The notes beneath the pieces were generated by a model that was not told the origin of the DNA, did no database searches, and worked only from the letters and a program-made list of their open reading frames with translations. Below are positions 36,957 to 46,098 of a stretch of DNA of 64,000 nt, piece after piece. The position numbers and the translations under genes were made by a program. This DNA comes from Sphaerochaeta sp. GTDB lineage: Bacteria > Spirochaetota > Spirochaetia > Sphaerochaetales > Sphaerochaetaceae. Positions within the stretch are counted from its first letter, which is position 1; every line of letters begins with the position of its first letter. Where the stretch lies: assembly GCF_036677875.1 (NCBI RefSeq), contig NZ_JAVBVP010000030.1; one strand, written 5' to 3'.

Positions 36957-36986
36957 CCTGTAGGGAAGGGCGAAAGCCCATACAGG
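36957..36986 (+). promoter_or_regulatory. 5'-leader hairpin overlapping the Shine-Dalgarno of the cupin-hcp operon
   Basis: CCTGTA (36957-62) pairs with TACAGG (36981-86), enclosing GGGC-GAAA-GCCC. The 3' arm overlaps AGGAG (36984-88), and the ATG is at 36999. Confidence 0.3.
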
Positions 36987-36998
36987 AGTACAATAGGT

Positions 36999-37322
36999 AT
37001 GATCAAGAATTTCAAGATTGCAGAAGTCATGACATTTGCCGAGCAGATCCAGTATCAAACGGGTCAGGTGGTCAGCAAGACCTTGGCACAGGACACACAC
37101 CATAGTCTTACCCTCTTCGCCTTCGAGAAAGGTGAGGAGATCAGCACCCACGCCAGCGGCGGGGATGCATTGCTGATTGCCTTGGATGGAACCGGTGAGA
37201 TCACCATTGATGGAAAAGTCTCCACGATCCATGCTGGACAGTCGATTCTAATGCCCAGCAATGTAGCGCATGCAATCTATGCCCCGGAACGTTTCAAAAT
37301 GTTTCTGGTCGTCATTTTCTAA
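36999..37322 (+). CDS. Cupin domain-containing protein
   Basis: 107 aa. Cupin motifs G(x)5HxH-like ([18 protein letters not shown]) and a second motif ([13 protein letters not shown]). Confidence 0.75.
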   Translation: MIKNFKIAEVMTFAEQIQYQTGQVVSKTLAQDTHHSLTLFAFEKGEEISTHASGGDALLIALDGTGEITIDGKVSTIHAGQSILMPSNVAHAIYAPERFKMFLVVIF

Positions 37323-37344
37323 GAATTCTACAAGGAGATACACG

Positions 37345-38979
37345 ATGGACAATAAGATGTTCTGTTTCCAATGTCAGGAAACCGCACGGAATTTTGGATG
37401 TACACAAATTGGAGTGTGCGGTAAGCAGCCCGAAACCTCTAATCTCATGGATCTGTTGATCTGGGTCACCAAAGGCTTGAGCCAAGTGGCAGTGAGAACT
37501 CGTGCAGAAGGAAAGACGGTATGCAAGGATGTGAACCATCTGGTCACCTACAATCTCTTTCTCACCATCACCAATGCAAATTTCGATGATGCCATGATCG
37601 TGGACAGGATTGTGCACACCATCAAGACCAAGCAGGCTCTGCTTTCCTCTCTGTCCAACAAGGAAGGGCTTGCCGAGGCTGCTCTGTTCGATAATCTGGA
37701 TAGTGCCTCCTATGCCGGGTTTTCCAAGCAGGTGGGCGTGCTCAGAGAAGCTAATGAGGATGTCCGCAGTCTCAAGGAGTTGATCACCTACGGCCTGAAA
37801 GGGGTAAGTGCCTATTCCAAGCACGCCAACAATCTGATCAACGACAATGAGGAACTTGATGCATTCATCCAGACCGCGCTTGCCGATCTTCTGGAAGAGA
37901 AGCGTGTCGAGGAGTTGGTCGCTCTTACCCTGGAGACGGGGAAATGGGGTGTGGCAGGGATGGCGTTGCTGGATACGGCGAATACCAGCACATACGGCAA
38001 CCCCGAGATCACCAAGGTCAAGCTTGGTGTCGCCAAGAACCCTGGCATCCTCATCAGCGGTCATGACCTGAGGGATCTGGAGATGTTGCTTGAGCAGACC
38101 CAGGGAACCGGTGTCGATGTATATACCCATTCCGAGATGCTTCCCGCCCATTATTATCCGGCATTCAAGAAGTATCCGAATTTCATCGGCAACTACGGAA
38201 ACGCATGGTGGATGCAGAAGAAGGAGTTCGAATCCTTCAACGGTCCGATCCTAATGACAACCAACTGCATCGTTCCTCCCGCCGAGTCCTACAAGACCCG
38301 GTTGTTCACCACCGGAGCTACTGGATTCCCGGGATGCAAGCACATTGAGGGTGGAGTCGGCGATACGAAGGACTTCTCCGAGATCATCGCCTTGGCAAAG
38401 ACTTGCCCGGCTCCGACGGAGATTGAGAGCGGAGAGCTGGTGGGTGGATTCGCGCACGAGCAAGTATTCGCCCTCGCCGACCAGATCGTCGATGCGGTGA
38501 AGAGTGGAGCGATCAAGAAGTTCGTCGTCATGGGCGGTTGTGACGGTCGCTCGAAGAGCAGGGATTACTATACCGAGTTTGCAAAGGCGCTGCCCAAGGA
38601 CACGGTCATTCTCACTGCAGGATGTGCGAAGTACAAGTACATCAAGCTGAATCTCGGTGACATCGGCGGGATCCCCCGTGTGTTGGACGCCGGTCAGTGC
38701 AACGACTCCTATTCCTTGGCGCTCATCGCCTTGAAGTTGAAGGAAGTCTTCGGTCTGGACGACATCAATGACCTGCCGATCGCCTACAACATTGCATGGT
38801 ATGAGCAGAAAGCGGTCATCGTGTTGCTTGCCTTGCTCTATCTGGGAGTGAAGAACATCCATCTTGGACCCACCTTGCCTGCATTCCTCTCTCCGAATGT
38901 AGCCAATGTACTGGTGGAAAACTTCGGCATTGCCGGAATTTCCTCGGTGGAGGATGACCTCCAGATTTTGGTAGGCTGA
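37345..38979 (+). CDS. hcp: Hydroxylamine reductase / hybrid-cluster protein
   Basis: AAGGAG upstream of ATG 37345. N-terminal MFCFQCQET...CTQIGVCGK cluster motif and full-length Hcp similarity. Confidence 0.95.
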   Translation: MDNKMFCFQCQETARNFGCTQIGVCGKQPETSNLMDLLIWVTKGLSQVAVRTRAEGKTVCKDVNHLVTYNLFLTITNANFDDAMIVDRIVHTIKTKQALLSSLSNKEGLAEAALFDNLDSASYAGFSKQVGVLREANEDVRSLKELITYGLKGVSAYSKHANNLINDNEELDAFIQTALADLLEEKRVEELVALTLETGKWGVAGMALLDTANTSTYGNPEITKVKLGVAKNPGILISGHDLRDLEMLLEQTQGTGVDVYTHSEMLPAHYYPAFKKYPNFIGNYGNAWWMQKKEFESFNGPILMTTNCIVPPAESYKTRLFTTGATGFPGCKHIEGGVGDTKDFSEIIALAKTCPAPTEIESGELVGGFAHEQVFALADQIVDAVKSGAIKKFVVMGGCDGRSKSRDYYTEFAKALPKDTVILTAGCAKYKYIKLNLGDIGGIPRVLDAGQCNDSYSLALIALKLKEVFGLDDINDLPIAYNIAWYEQKAVIVLLALLYLGVKNIHLGPTLPAFLSPNVANVLVENFGIAGISSVEDDLQILVG

Positions 38980-38996
38980 GTAATCCTCAGTATCGG

Positions 38997-39020
38997 AAAT
39001 GGGAGCGCAAGCTCCCATTT
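38997..39020 (+). terminator. Rho-independent terminator after hcp
   Basis: Perfect 10-bp stem AAATGGGAGC-gcaa-GCTCCCATTT followed by a T-rich CGTGTTTGTTCTT. Confidence 0.8.
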
Positions 39021-39066
39021 CGTGTTTGTTCTTGCATCCAGCGTCGTTCGATACGATACTTGGAGT

Positions 39067-41142
39067 ATGGACAGAACAAAACATATGGGAACGGCATCCG
39101 ATCAGGAAGCTGCACGGACGATTGCCTCTCGCTATCTCTCTGTGCATGAACGAGGGGGGTATACCTATCGTCCCTTCATGAAGCGGGGCATCTACCGCAG
39201 GGAGGATTATCGATACCTTGCGGATCTGAAAGTGTTGCTTCCGGATGCGAAGCTGGGGACCTTTTCCTATCTCTGGGGACGCTATCAGGCACCGATGGTC
39301 ATGAATCTGCGCTTTGCCTTGATCCCCTACGGTCCGATACGGGTGTTTGTCAACGGGGTGCTCGCCGCCCAGAGCGACATCTTTTCCGAGCGTGCCCGTT
39401 CCAAGCAAATCTTCGAGCTTGTGATGCACGAAGGTTTCAATGACGTGGTGCTGGAGTGCGAGAATACCAGTGGAGGTTTCGGAGGGGAGTTCGGTACCTG
39501 GGTCGGGAAATTGGATTATTATTTTCTTATGCCCGATTTGTATCCGGAACAGGAAGGATTCTGTTATTCCAAGACGCTGGAGAATCAATTGGATGTGTTG
39601 GATGCCCAACACCTGAATGTCCTGGCTTGGTTGCCTGAATTACCGGACTTCAAGGATGATGCAGTGGATCTTGGTCGGATATTTAACGATGCATCCGCGC
39701 AATCGTATGTTGTTGTCGCCACCGCTTTGCATTTGGACACAAGTACATGGTGCAATGTCATCTGCAACGCAGAGCTCTCCATCGATGGGAAAAGCATCAC
39801 CGGTTCGGTGGAGCTTTCCGAGGGCGATCATGATCTGGTCTGCTATGCGAAAGTGGGGGACGGGTTCGAACTCTCGATCAAGGAAGCTAGGACGAACGCT
39901 CCGCTGTTCTGCCACAACCCCGTCTTGGATCTGAACAGCTCCTACCGGTATCTGTTCGCCGGTCCCTTCGACATGCGACCGGAAGGCTTTATCGTCCAAT
40001 GCTCAAAACCATTCGCCACTTCTCAGGGTCAGGATTTCTGGCACTTGGAGGGAGTCTCAACCTATTTGAGAATGTACAACGACAATGTGTTGTTCGGTCA
40101 TTGGAACTATCCTTTGGGGGTGACTCTCTATGGTCTGGTGGAAACCGAACGGATGCTCAAGCCGACGGAACCGGAACTATCGAATCGCATCCATTCCTAT
40201 ATAAATCGACATATCCAAAGCAGTATCGACACCTATGCTTATGCATGCTGGGATGCCGAACATCTGGGCGGTGCCACAGCAATCCATCATCTGATGACCA
40301 GCCTCGATAGTCTCGATGACTGCGGTTCCTTTGCTTCCACCCTGCTGGAAGTGGCGAAGGATCATGAACTTCACGACTATGCTCCTTTGATGGAGGTGGT
40401 GGGCAACTACCTCTCCAAGACCCAGCCAAGGCTCTCGGACGGAACGTTCTTTCGTACCGGTCTGATGCATACCTTTCATGAGAACACGCTGTGGGTGGAT
40501 GATCTGTACATGTCGGTTCCATTCTTGTGCCGGTATGCCGCCTATCGCAACAACCCTGAATATTTGGAAGATGCAGTGCATCAGTTCTTCGGATTTTCCA
40601 AGTATCTCTTTCTGCAGGAAGAACAGTTGATGAGTCATGTCTATGACTTCGAGCGGAATTTGGTGACGGGCATCCCCTGGGGGCGTGGAAACGGCTGGGC
40701 CTTGTTCAGCCTATCCGAATTGCTCACCGTCCTCGATGTCGACCACCCCAAGCGTGATGCGCTGCTTTCGTTGTTTCAGGGTCTCAGCAAAGGTGTACTA
40801 CGTCTTCAGGGGGAAAATGGCATGTTCCACCAAGTATTGGACATGCCTCAGTCCTATGAGGAGAGTAGTTGTACGGCCATGTTTGCCTGTTCCTTCTCCC
40901 GAGGTGTCCGAAGCGGTTGGTACCCTGACGGAGAGCCATATCGACAGGCGTGCCTGAAGGCGGTGCAGGCTCTAAAGGAGACGGCCATCGATTCAGAGGG
41001 GCATGTCTGGGGAGTCTGCAGAGGTTCGGAGTTTTCCTGCTCCCGTCAATACTATGCCCATCAGCTGCTTCCCCGTCTGGATGACACCCATGGGATCGGG
41101 ATCGTTCTGCTTAGCTTGTGTGAAGCACAAAAACTCGGCTAG
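39067..41142 (+). CDS. Glycoside hydrolase family 88/105-type (unsaturated glycuronyl/rhamnogalacturonyl hydrolase-like) with ~330-aa N-terminal extension
   Basis: The C-terminal half carries blocks I associate with Glyco_hydro_88 (WVDDLYMSVPFL, PWGRGNGWA, SSCTAMF). The start is uncertain: I prefer ATG 39067 because ORF start 39022 lies in the terminator tail. Confidence 0.75.
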   Translation: MDRTKHMGTASDQEAARTIASRYLSVHERGGYTYRPFMKRGIYRREDYRYLADLKVLLPDAKLGTFSYLWGRYQAPMVMNLRFALIPYGPIRVFVNGVLAAQSDIFSERARSKQIFELVMHEGFNDVVLECENTSGGFGGEFGTWVGKLDYYFLMPDLYPEQEGFCYSKTLENQLDVLDAQHLNVLAWLPELPDFKDDAVDLGRIFNDASAQSYVVVATALHLDTSTWCNVICNAELSIDGKSITGSVELSEGDHDLVCYAKVGDGFELSIKEARTNAPLFCHNPVLDLNSSYRYLFAGPFDMRPEGFIVQCSKPFATSQGQDFWHLEGVSTYLRMYNDNVLFGHWNYPLGVTLYGLVETERMLKPTEPELSNRIHSYINRHIQSSIDTYAYACWDAEHLGGATAIHHLMTSLDSLDDCGSFASTLLEVAKDHELHDYAPLMEVVGNYLSKTQPRLSDGTFFRTGLMHTFHENTLWVDDLYMSVPFLCRYAAYRNNPEYLEDAVHQFFGFSKYLFLQEEQLMSHVYDFERNLVTGIPWGRGNGWALFSLSELLTVLDVDHPKRDALLSLFQGLSKGVLRLQGENGMFHQVLDMPQSYEESSCTAMFACSFSRGVRSGWYPDGEPYRQACLKAVQALKETAIDSEGHVWGVCRGSEFSCSRQYYAHQLLPRLDDTHGIGIVLLSLCEAQKLG

Positions 41143-41987
41143 CCCTTCAACCCGGTGGTCACCAATCCTTGGACGATGTACTTCTGGAAGAGTAGGAAGA
41201 TGAGTAGGACCGGAAGCAGGCTGAGCGTTCCCATGGCAAAGATGGCAGACCAGTCCGTGGAGGTCATCGGGTCGCTGAACATGCGCAGCGCAAGCGAGAC
41301 GGTGAAGAGCTTGGGTTTGTTCAGATAGAGCAGGGGACCGAGAAAGTCGTCCCATCTCCAATAGAAACTGAAGATGGTACTGGTGATGACCGCAGGTTTG
41401 ATCAAGGGAAAGAGGATGCGCGCATAGATCATGAACCGATTGCATCCGTCGATCTTTGCCGAATCATCCAGCTCATAGGGGATCTGGCGGATGAACTGCA
41501 CCATCAGGAAGATGAAGAAGGGCAGTCCTGCAAACTGGGGGATGACCAGGGGCTTGAAACTGTTGATCCACCCGATTTTATGGAAGATGATGAACTGGGG
41601 GATCATGACCACTTGGTAGGGTATCATCATGGTCAGGAACATGGCTGCATACCAGAATGATCGCCCTCTGAACGGGATGCGGGCAAACCCATATGCAACC
41701 AAGGATGAAGCCATGACGGCTCCCAGGCTCGAAAGAATCGTATAATAGAATGAGTTGGCGAAGAAGGTGGTGAACGTGATGGAATTGTTGAATTTCCACC
41801 CACGCAAATAGTTCTCGAAATGCCAGGATGACGGTATCAGGGTCGTGGTATTGAAAATTTCCGCATTCGCCTTCAGGGAACTGGAGATCATCCAGAGAAT
41901 CGGGTAGAGCATCAGAAATCCCAGAAGGATTACCACGATGTGGAAGATGCTTTGCACCAGCAGGTGTTTGGCTTTGTATCCATGCAT
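41139..41987 (-). CDS. Carbohydrate ABC transporter permease (MalG-like)
   Basis: 6-TM permease with the EAA-type loop (DDSAKIDGCNRFMIYARILFP). ATG 41987 lies 1 nt after the upstream stop. Confidence 0.9.
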   Translation of the reverse strand: MHGYKAKHLLVQSIFHIVVILLGFLMLYPILWMISSSLKANAEIFNTTTLIPSSWHFENYLRGWKFNNSITFTTFFANSFYYTILSSLGAVMASSLVAYGFARIPFRGRSFWYAAMFLTMMIPYQVVMIPQFIIFHKIGWINSFKPLVIPQFAGLPFFIFLMVQFIRQIPYELDDSAKIDGCNRFMIYARILFPLIKPAVITSTIFSFYWRWDDFLGPLLYLNKPKLFTVSLALRMFSDPMTSTDWSAIFAMGTLSLLPVLLIFLLFQKYIVQGLVTTGLKG

Positions 41988-41988
41988 C

Positions 41989-42903
41989 TTACTTGCCCTC
42001 CTTTGATTCATAGAACACCCAGGAGTTGGAAGTCTTGAAGACAAAAGCCGTCATCAAACCGATGATGAGGACCAACACCCATGCCATGGCACTGCTGTAT
42101 CCCATGTTGTAGTACTTGAATGCACGTTGATAGAGGTACAGTGCATAAACCAACGTGGAATTCAACGGATCTCCGGTCCCCCCCGATACCACGAAGGCCT
42201 GGGTGAAGACGGTGAACCCGTTGATCAGCTGCATGACCAGATTGAAGAAGAGTACCGGTGTGATCTGGGGCACGGTAATGCTGGAAAATTTGCGCAGCGG
42301 CCCTGCCCCGTCGATGGAGGCCGCTTCATACAATTCCTTGGGAATCTGACGCAGTCCGGCAAGGAAGATCAGCATGGATGAACCGAACTGCCAGATCGCC
42401 AGAATGATCAAAGTCCAGATGGCGGTATCCGGATTGCCGATCCAAGAGGTATCGGTGATGATGCCGATTTTGGCCAACGCTGCATTCAATGCACCATCGG
42501 CCATGAAGAGCCTGCGCCACATCACTGCTACGGCGATTGATCCGCCGACAAGGGATGGAACATAATAGATTGCCTGATACAATCGGATGGCCCGGGTCCC
42601 GCGATTGAAAAGCATCGCTACAAAAAAGGCAAATCCAAGTCGCAGCGGCACAGAAATAAAGGCATAGAAAAAGGTTACTTTCAAGGATTGCCAGAAGAGG
42701 TCGTCATGAGCCATTTTTCGAAAATTCTCCAGGCCGTTGAAGACCGGTTTGCCCAGTATGTCATAATCGGTGAAGGAATAGTACAGGGAAAAGAGGATGG
42801 GAATTATGGAAAAGGCTATGAATCCAAGCAGCCAAGGGCTGATGAACGCATAGCCTGAAAGGTCCTCCCTCCAGGATTGTTTGTGCAATACTCGCTGCTT
42901 CAT
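41989..42903 (-). CDS. Carbohydrate ABC transporter permease (MalF-like)
   Basis: 6-TM permease with the EAA loop (YEAASIDGAGPLRKFSSITVP). Confidence 0.9.
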   Translation of the reverse strand: MKQRVLHKQSWREDLSGYAFISPWLLGFIAFSIIPILFSLYYSFTDYDILGKPVFNGLENFRKMAHDDLFWQSLKVTFFYAFISVPLRLGFAFFVAMLFNRGTRAIRLYQAIYYVPSLVGGSIAVAVMWRRLFMADGALNAALAKIGIITDTSWIGNPDTAIWTLIILAIWQFGSSMLIFLAGLRQIPKELYEAASIDGAGPLRKFSSITVPQITPVLFFNLVMQLINGFTVFTQAFVVSGGTGDPLNSTLVYALYLYQRAFKYYNMGYSSAMAWVLVLIIGLMTAFVFKTSNSWVFYESKEGK

Positions 42904-42975
42904 GGGTGCTCCTTGAAAATGAATAGGGCCAAGAGGGGAGACTGCCGTCGGGCAGCCCCCCGTGCGTGTGCATGA

Positions 42976-44256
42976 TTACTTGAGAATTTCGTTTCCTTTG
43001 CTCATGATTTTTGCAACCCCTTCGTCGAGGCTGACTTTCTTGAGCAGGATCTCTTGGGATACGTCACGTACCATTTTCAGGAATTCTCCACTTCCTGCTG
43101 GATCGGGAGCGTCGATCGGGCCTGCATTCCGGGAAGCAAGGCTGATGTATTCAAAAATCTGCTTGTTCACCGGGTCCACCTTGGTAGCCATGTGCTCGCG
43201 TACATCATCAGGAATGGGCACCCCTCGTTCACCCATCAACACATCATTGACCGATAGGTCGTTGAGGAAATAGTTGAGGAACTTGGCAGCTGCTTCGGGA
43301 TTCTCTGCAGACGCGGGAATCGAGAAGAACATCGAAGGTTTGAGGAAGGTTCCTTTTGCCTTTGGATTCTTGATGTTGGGCAGCAGTGCCAACTTGAGCG
43401 GGCGTTTTGCTGCAGCCTGGGTGGAGACGAATTGGTTGGACCAGATGAATTCAACCCAGGAACGGCCTTTGGCAAATTCCCCTTCCTCCGGGGTTACCAG
43501 TACGAAGGCCACTTCCGGTTTGATCAAGGCGCCGGCATCCTGCAATCTGAGCTGGATGGCGTAGAATTCCTTCAGGATTGAGGGATCGGTAAAGCCAAGA
43601 CCGGTTTTCCCATAGGTGGCGGCTCCGCTTTGGCGGATCATGTTGTCGAATCCTACCTTCGGGTCGGTGGTGAAGAACGGAATGGTTTGTACGCCGGTCT
43701 TCTTGTAGATCTCCAACGCGATGCGTTCAAAGTCGTCCCAGGTCCAGGTTGCGCTGTCCGGTTCGGCAATGCCGGCCTTAGCCAATACCGCCGGGTCGTA
43801 GGTCAGACAAACTGCATTGGTTCCCAAACTGATGCCGTAGAGCTTTCCGTTGACTCTTCCCCCGGAGAGGAAGGATTCATTGACCTTTGAAAGGTCTATG
43901 ATTCCTTTCTGCACATACGGAGTCAGATCGGCGAGTTGATTGCGCTGCACCCATTGCAGCATGTATGCATAGTCGTGCTGCATGATGTCAGGAAGGCTTC
44001 CCGCTGCGGCTTGGGTGTTCATCTTGTCCCAGTAACCGCCCCAACCGGTGGTCTCCGTCTCAACCTTGATTTCCGGGTATTTGGCCTGGAACATCTCCAC
44101 CGCCTTGAGCGTGCGTTCGTCACGGGTCGGATTGCCCCACCATGCCAGACGCATCGATGATTCCTTGGGCTGTTCCGCTGTGGCTTGGGCGAAGACGAAG
44201 CTCGGCACCAACAGCATGACAGCCAGTACGATGATCAGAAATGTTTTTCCTCTCAT
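42976..44256 (-). CDS. Carbohydrate ABC transporter substrate-binding protein (family 1)
   Basis: Signal peptide MRGKTFLIIVLAVMLLVPSFVFA and the typical SBP_bac_1 organisation. AGGAGA RBS. Confidence 0.9.
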   Translation of the reverse strand: MRGKTFLIIVLAVMLLVPSFVFAQATAEQPKESSMRLAWWGNPTRDERTLKAVEMFQAKYPEIKVETETTGWGGYWDKMNTQAAAGSLPDIMQHDYAYMLQWVQRNQLADLTPYVQKGIIDLSKVNESFLSGGRVNGKLYGISLGTNAVCLTYDPAVLAKAGIAEPDSATWTWDDFERIALEIYKKTGVQTIPFFTTDPKVGFDNMIRQSGAATYGKTGLGFTDPSILKEFYAIQLRLQDAGALIKPEVAFVLVTPEEGEFAKGRSWVEFIWSNQFVSTQAAAKRPLKLALLPNIKNPKAKGTFLKPSMFFSIPASAENPEAAAKFLNYFLNDLSVNDVLMGERGVPIPDDVREHMATKVDPVNKQIFEYISLASRNAGPIDAPDPAGSGEFLKMVRDVSQEILLKKVSLDEGVAKIMSKGNEILK

Positions 44257-44285
44257 ATTGCTACTCTCCTTTTTTCGCTACTTGT

Positions 44286-44314
44286 ATTGTAGGAGGGTTG
44301 CTTTGAGAAGTCAA
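44286..44314 (-). promoter_or_regulatory. Candidate sigma-70 promoter of the sugar ABC operon
   Basis: Minus strand reads TTGACT (44314-44309), 17 nt, TACAAT (44291-44286), about 30 nt upstream of ATG 44256. Confidence 0.5.
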
Positions 44315-44406
44315 AACTTTTTAAGTGTTATTAAGTAAGGAATTAATAGGTATGAATAATCCAAGAGTTGGTCGGAATAAGACAGAAATATCCAAGGAAA
44401 CGGGCG

Positions 44407-44436
44407 AAGAAAAACCTCCAAACGATAGTTTGGAGG
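44407..44436 (-). terminator. Rho-independent terminator after efp
   Basis: CCTCCAAAC-tatc-GTTTGGAGG (9-bp perfect stem) followed on the minus strand by TTTTTCTTC. Confidence 0.75.
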
Positions 44437-44456
44437 TTGCAAGGGAAACGTTCAGC

Positions 44457-45020
44457 CTAGCTGTTCACCCGTTCCAGATATTCCTTGGTTTCCGTATTCA
44501 CCCGAATCTTCTCACCTTGTTTGATGAAAATGGGAACGCGAACCTTCAGTCCGGTTTCGGTGGTAACATACTTGGTTGCACCTTGTACGGTATCACCCTT
44601 GACGGCTTCCTCAGCCTCTGCCACCAGATATACCACCTTGGGCGGAACCTGGATATCCAGCAATTGTGCTTCCCAGAAGGTGCAACGGTAGGTTTCACCG
44701 TCCTTCATCAAGAATTCATAATCGGGAAAGGTTGCCATGGGAACTTCGATCTGTTCAAACGTATCGGTCATCATGAAGTGGAAATGCTCCCCATCGTTGT
44801 ACAGATACTGACAGTCTCTATCGACCACGGTGATATCCTCAGCGTTGTCCTGGCTTTTCATCGTCTCACTGAGCGTCTGACCGGTAGCAGGGCTCTTGAG
44901 CTTGAGGCGAACGAATGCAGAACCCTTTCCGGGGTTCACAAATTCACGGTCGATGCAAACAAAGGGCTGTCCTTTGATCAACAAGGCGGTTCCCTTATCG
45001 ATTTGACCTGCTTTAATCAT
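44457..45020 (-). CDS. efp: Elongation factor P
   Basis: 187 aa. Conserved loop NPGKGSAF, with the modifiable Lys at position 32. Confidence 0.95.
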   Translation of the reverse strand: MIKAGQIDKGTALLIKGQPFVCIDREFVNPGKGSAFVRLKLKSPATGQTLSETMKSQDNAEDITVVDRDCQYLYNDGEHFHFMMTDTFEQIEVPMATFPDYEFLMKDGETYRCTFWEAQLLDIQVPPKVVYLVAEAEEAVKGDTVQGATKYVTTETGLKVRVPIFIKQGEKIRVNTETKEYLERVNS

Positions 45021-45038
45021 GCTAAGTACCTCGTATAG

Positions 45039-46067
45039 TTACAAATTGCGCGTATAGCCACTGTTCAGCATATCAGAAAGGGGAAAAAGAATCACCCCCT
45101 GGAGATCGCTTTTTCCCATCAACACCATCTGCAGGCGGTCAAGCCCGATGGCCACCCCGGAACACTGCGGCATACGTGCAAACGTTGTTGCCAGATCAGG
45201 ATCAGTGTCAGGGATCACAGAGCCTGATTCGCTCCTGTTTTGGATCAGTTTGGCATATTCCGATGCATAATAGTCGCTGATCACCCGTTCATCACGTTCT
45301 TCATCGTAGCAGTTTGCGATCTCAATGCCGCGGATGTATAGTTCCCAGCGTTTTCGGTACCACCCATCCTGTTTTGCCAGGCATTCGATCTGTGATGGAT
45401 AGCGCTCCAGGACCAACGGTTTGTCCTGGGGAAGGTTTGGTTCCACGAACGTGAGGAAAATTCGGTTGAAGGTTTCCTCCCAGCTTTCCGGTTCATCAGG
45501 AACCGAAAGGCCGAGCTTGCGTGCTTCGTTCGCCAAGGAGGCTTGTCGTTGGTGTTGTCCCAGATCGATGCCCGTAAAGTGTTTCATTGCTTTTTCCACC
45601 GTGATGCGAGCGAAGGGAGGCTTCAGATCCTCAGGCGCGGATGGATCGAGCAATGAGGTCAGCAGTTCCTCGGTGATCCTGATCGAATCCTGTTCATCGG
45701 CATCCATGGTGTAGTACTCCAGCATGGAGAACTCAGGGTTGTGGATGTGTCCAAGCTGTTCGCTGTTGCGAAAGCAATGGCTGATCTGATAGATGCTGCC
45801 AAACCCATTGGCGATCAACTGCTTCATATAGATTTCCGGAGAGGGGATTAAATAGAGATCGGTTGACGGCATGAAGGGATTTTCAAAACGGGTGCTGAAA
45901 TTCTCGATGGTAGCTTCCGGTATGAGGGTGGGGCTGAGTGAGGGAGTGTCCACTTCCGTATAGCCCCGATCATCGAAGAACGTCCTGATGGTACGGTTCA
46001 TTGTACTGCGAAATTGCGCTGCTGCTTTCATGGCCGCATCATAGCCAAAGCCCTGTCCGTGTTGCAA
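45039..46067 (-). CDS. epmA: EF-P-lysine lysyltransferase (GenX/PoxA, class II aaRS-like)
   Basis: Class II LysRS-core-like motifs (FRNSEQLGHIHNPEFSMLEYY, GVAIGLDRL) without an anticodon-binding domain, directly upstream of efp. Start is TTG 46067 or ATG 46030. Confidence 0.85.
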   Translation of the reverse strand: MQHGQGFGYDAAMKAAAQFRSTMNRTIRTFFDDRGYTEVDTPSLSPTLIPEATIENFSTRFENPFMPSTDLYLIPSPEIYMKQLIANGFGSIYQISHCFRNSEQLGHIHNPEFSMLEYYTMDADEQDSIRITEELLTSLLDPSAPEDLKPPFARITVEKAMKHFTGIDLGQHQRQASLANEARKLGLSVPDEPESWEETFNRIFLTFVEPNLPQDKPLVLERYPSQIECLAKQDGWYRKRWELYIRGIEIANCYDEERDERVISDYYASEYAKLIQNRSESGSVIPDTDPDLATTFARMPQCSGVAIGLDRLQMVLMGKSDLQGVILFPLSDMLNSGYTRNL

Positions 46068-46098
46068 GTGGCCGTCCCGCTACAGTATACTCGATCAT

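Noticed and set aside
36822-36998. Expected yybP-ykoY manganese riboswitch upstream of mntP
   Set aside because: I read the minus-strand leader and found neither the conserved GGGGAGUAG-type 5' element nor the paired 3' element that I remember for this class. Only a plain GGGGGT RBS is present. A covariance-model scan would be decisive.
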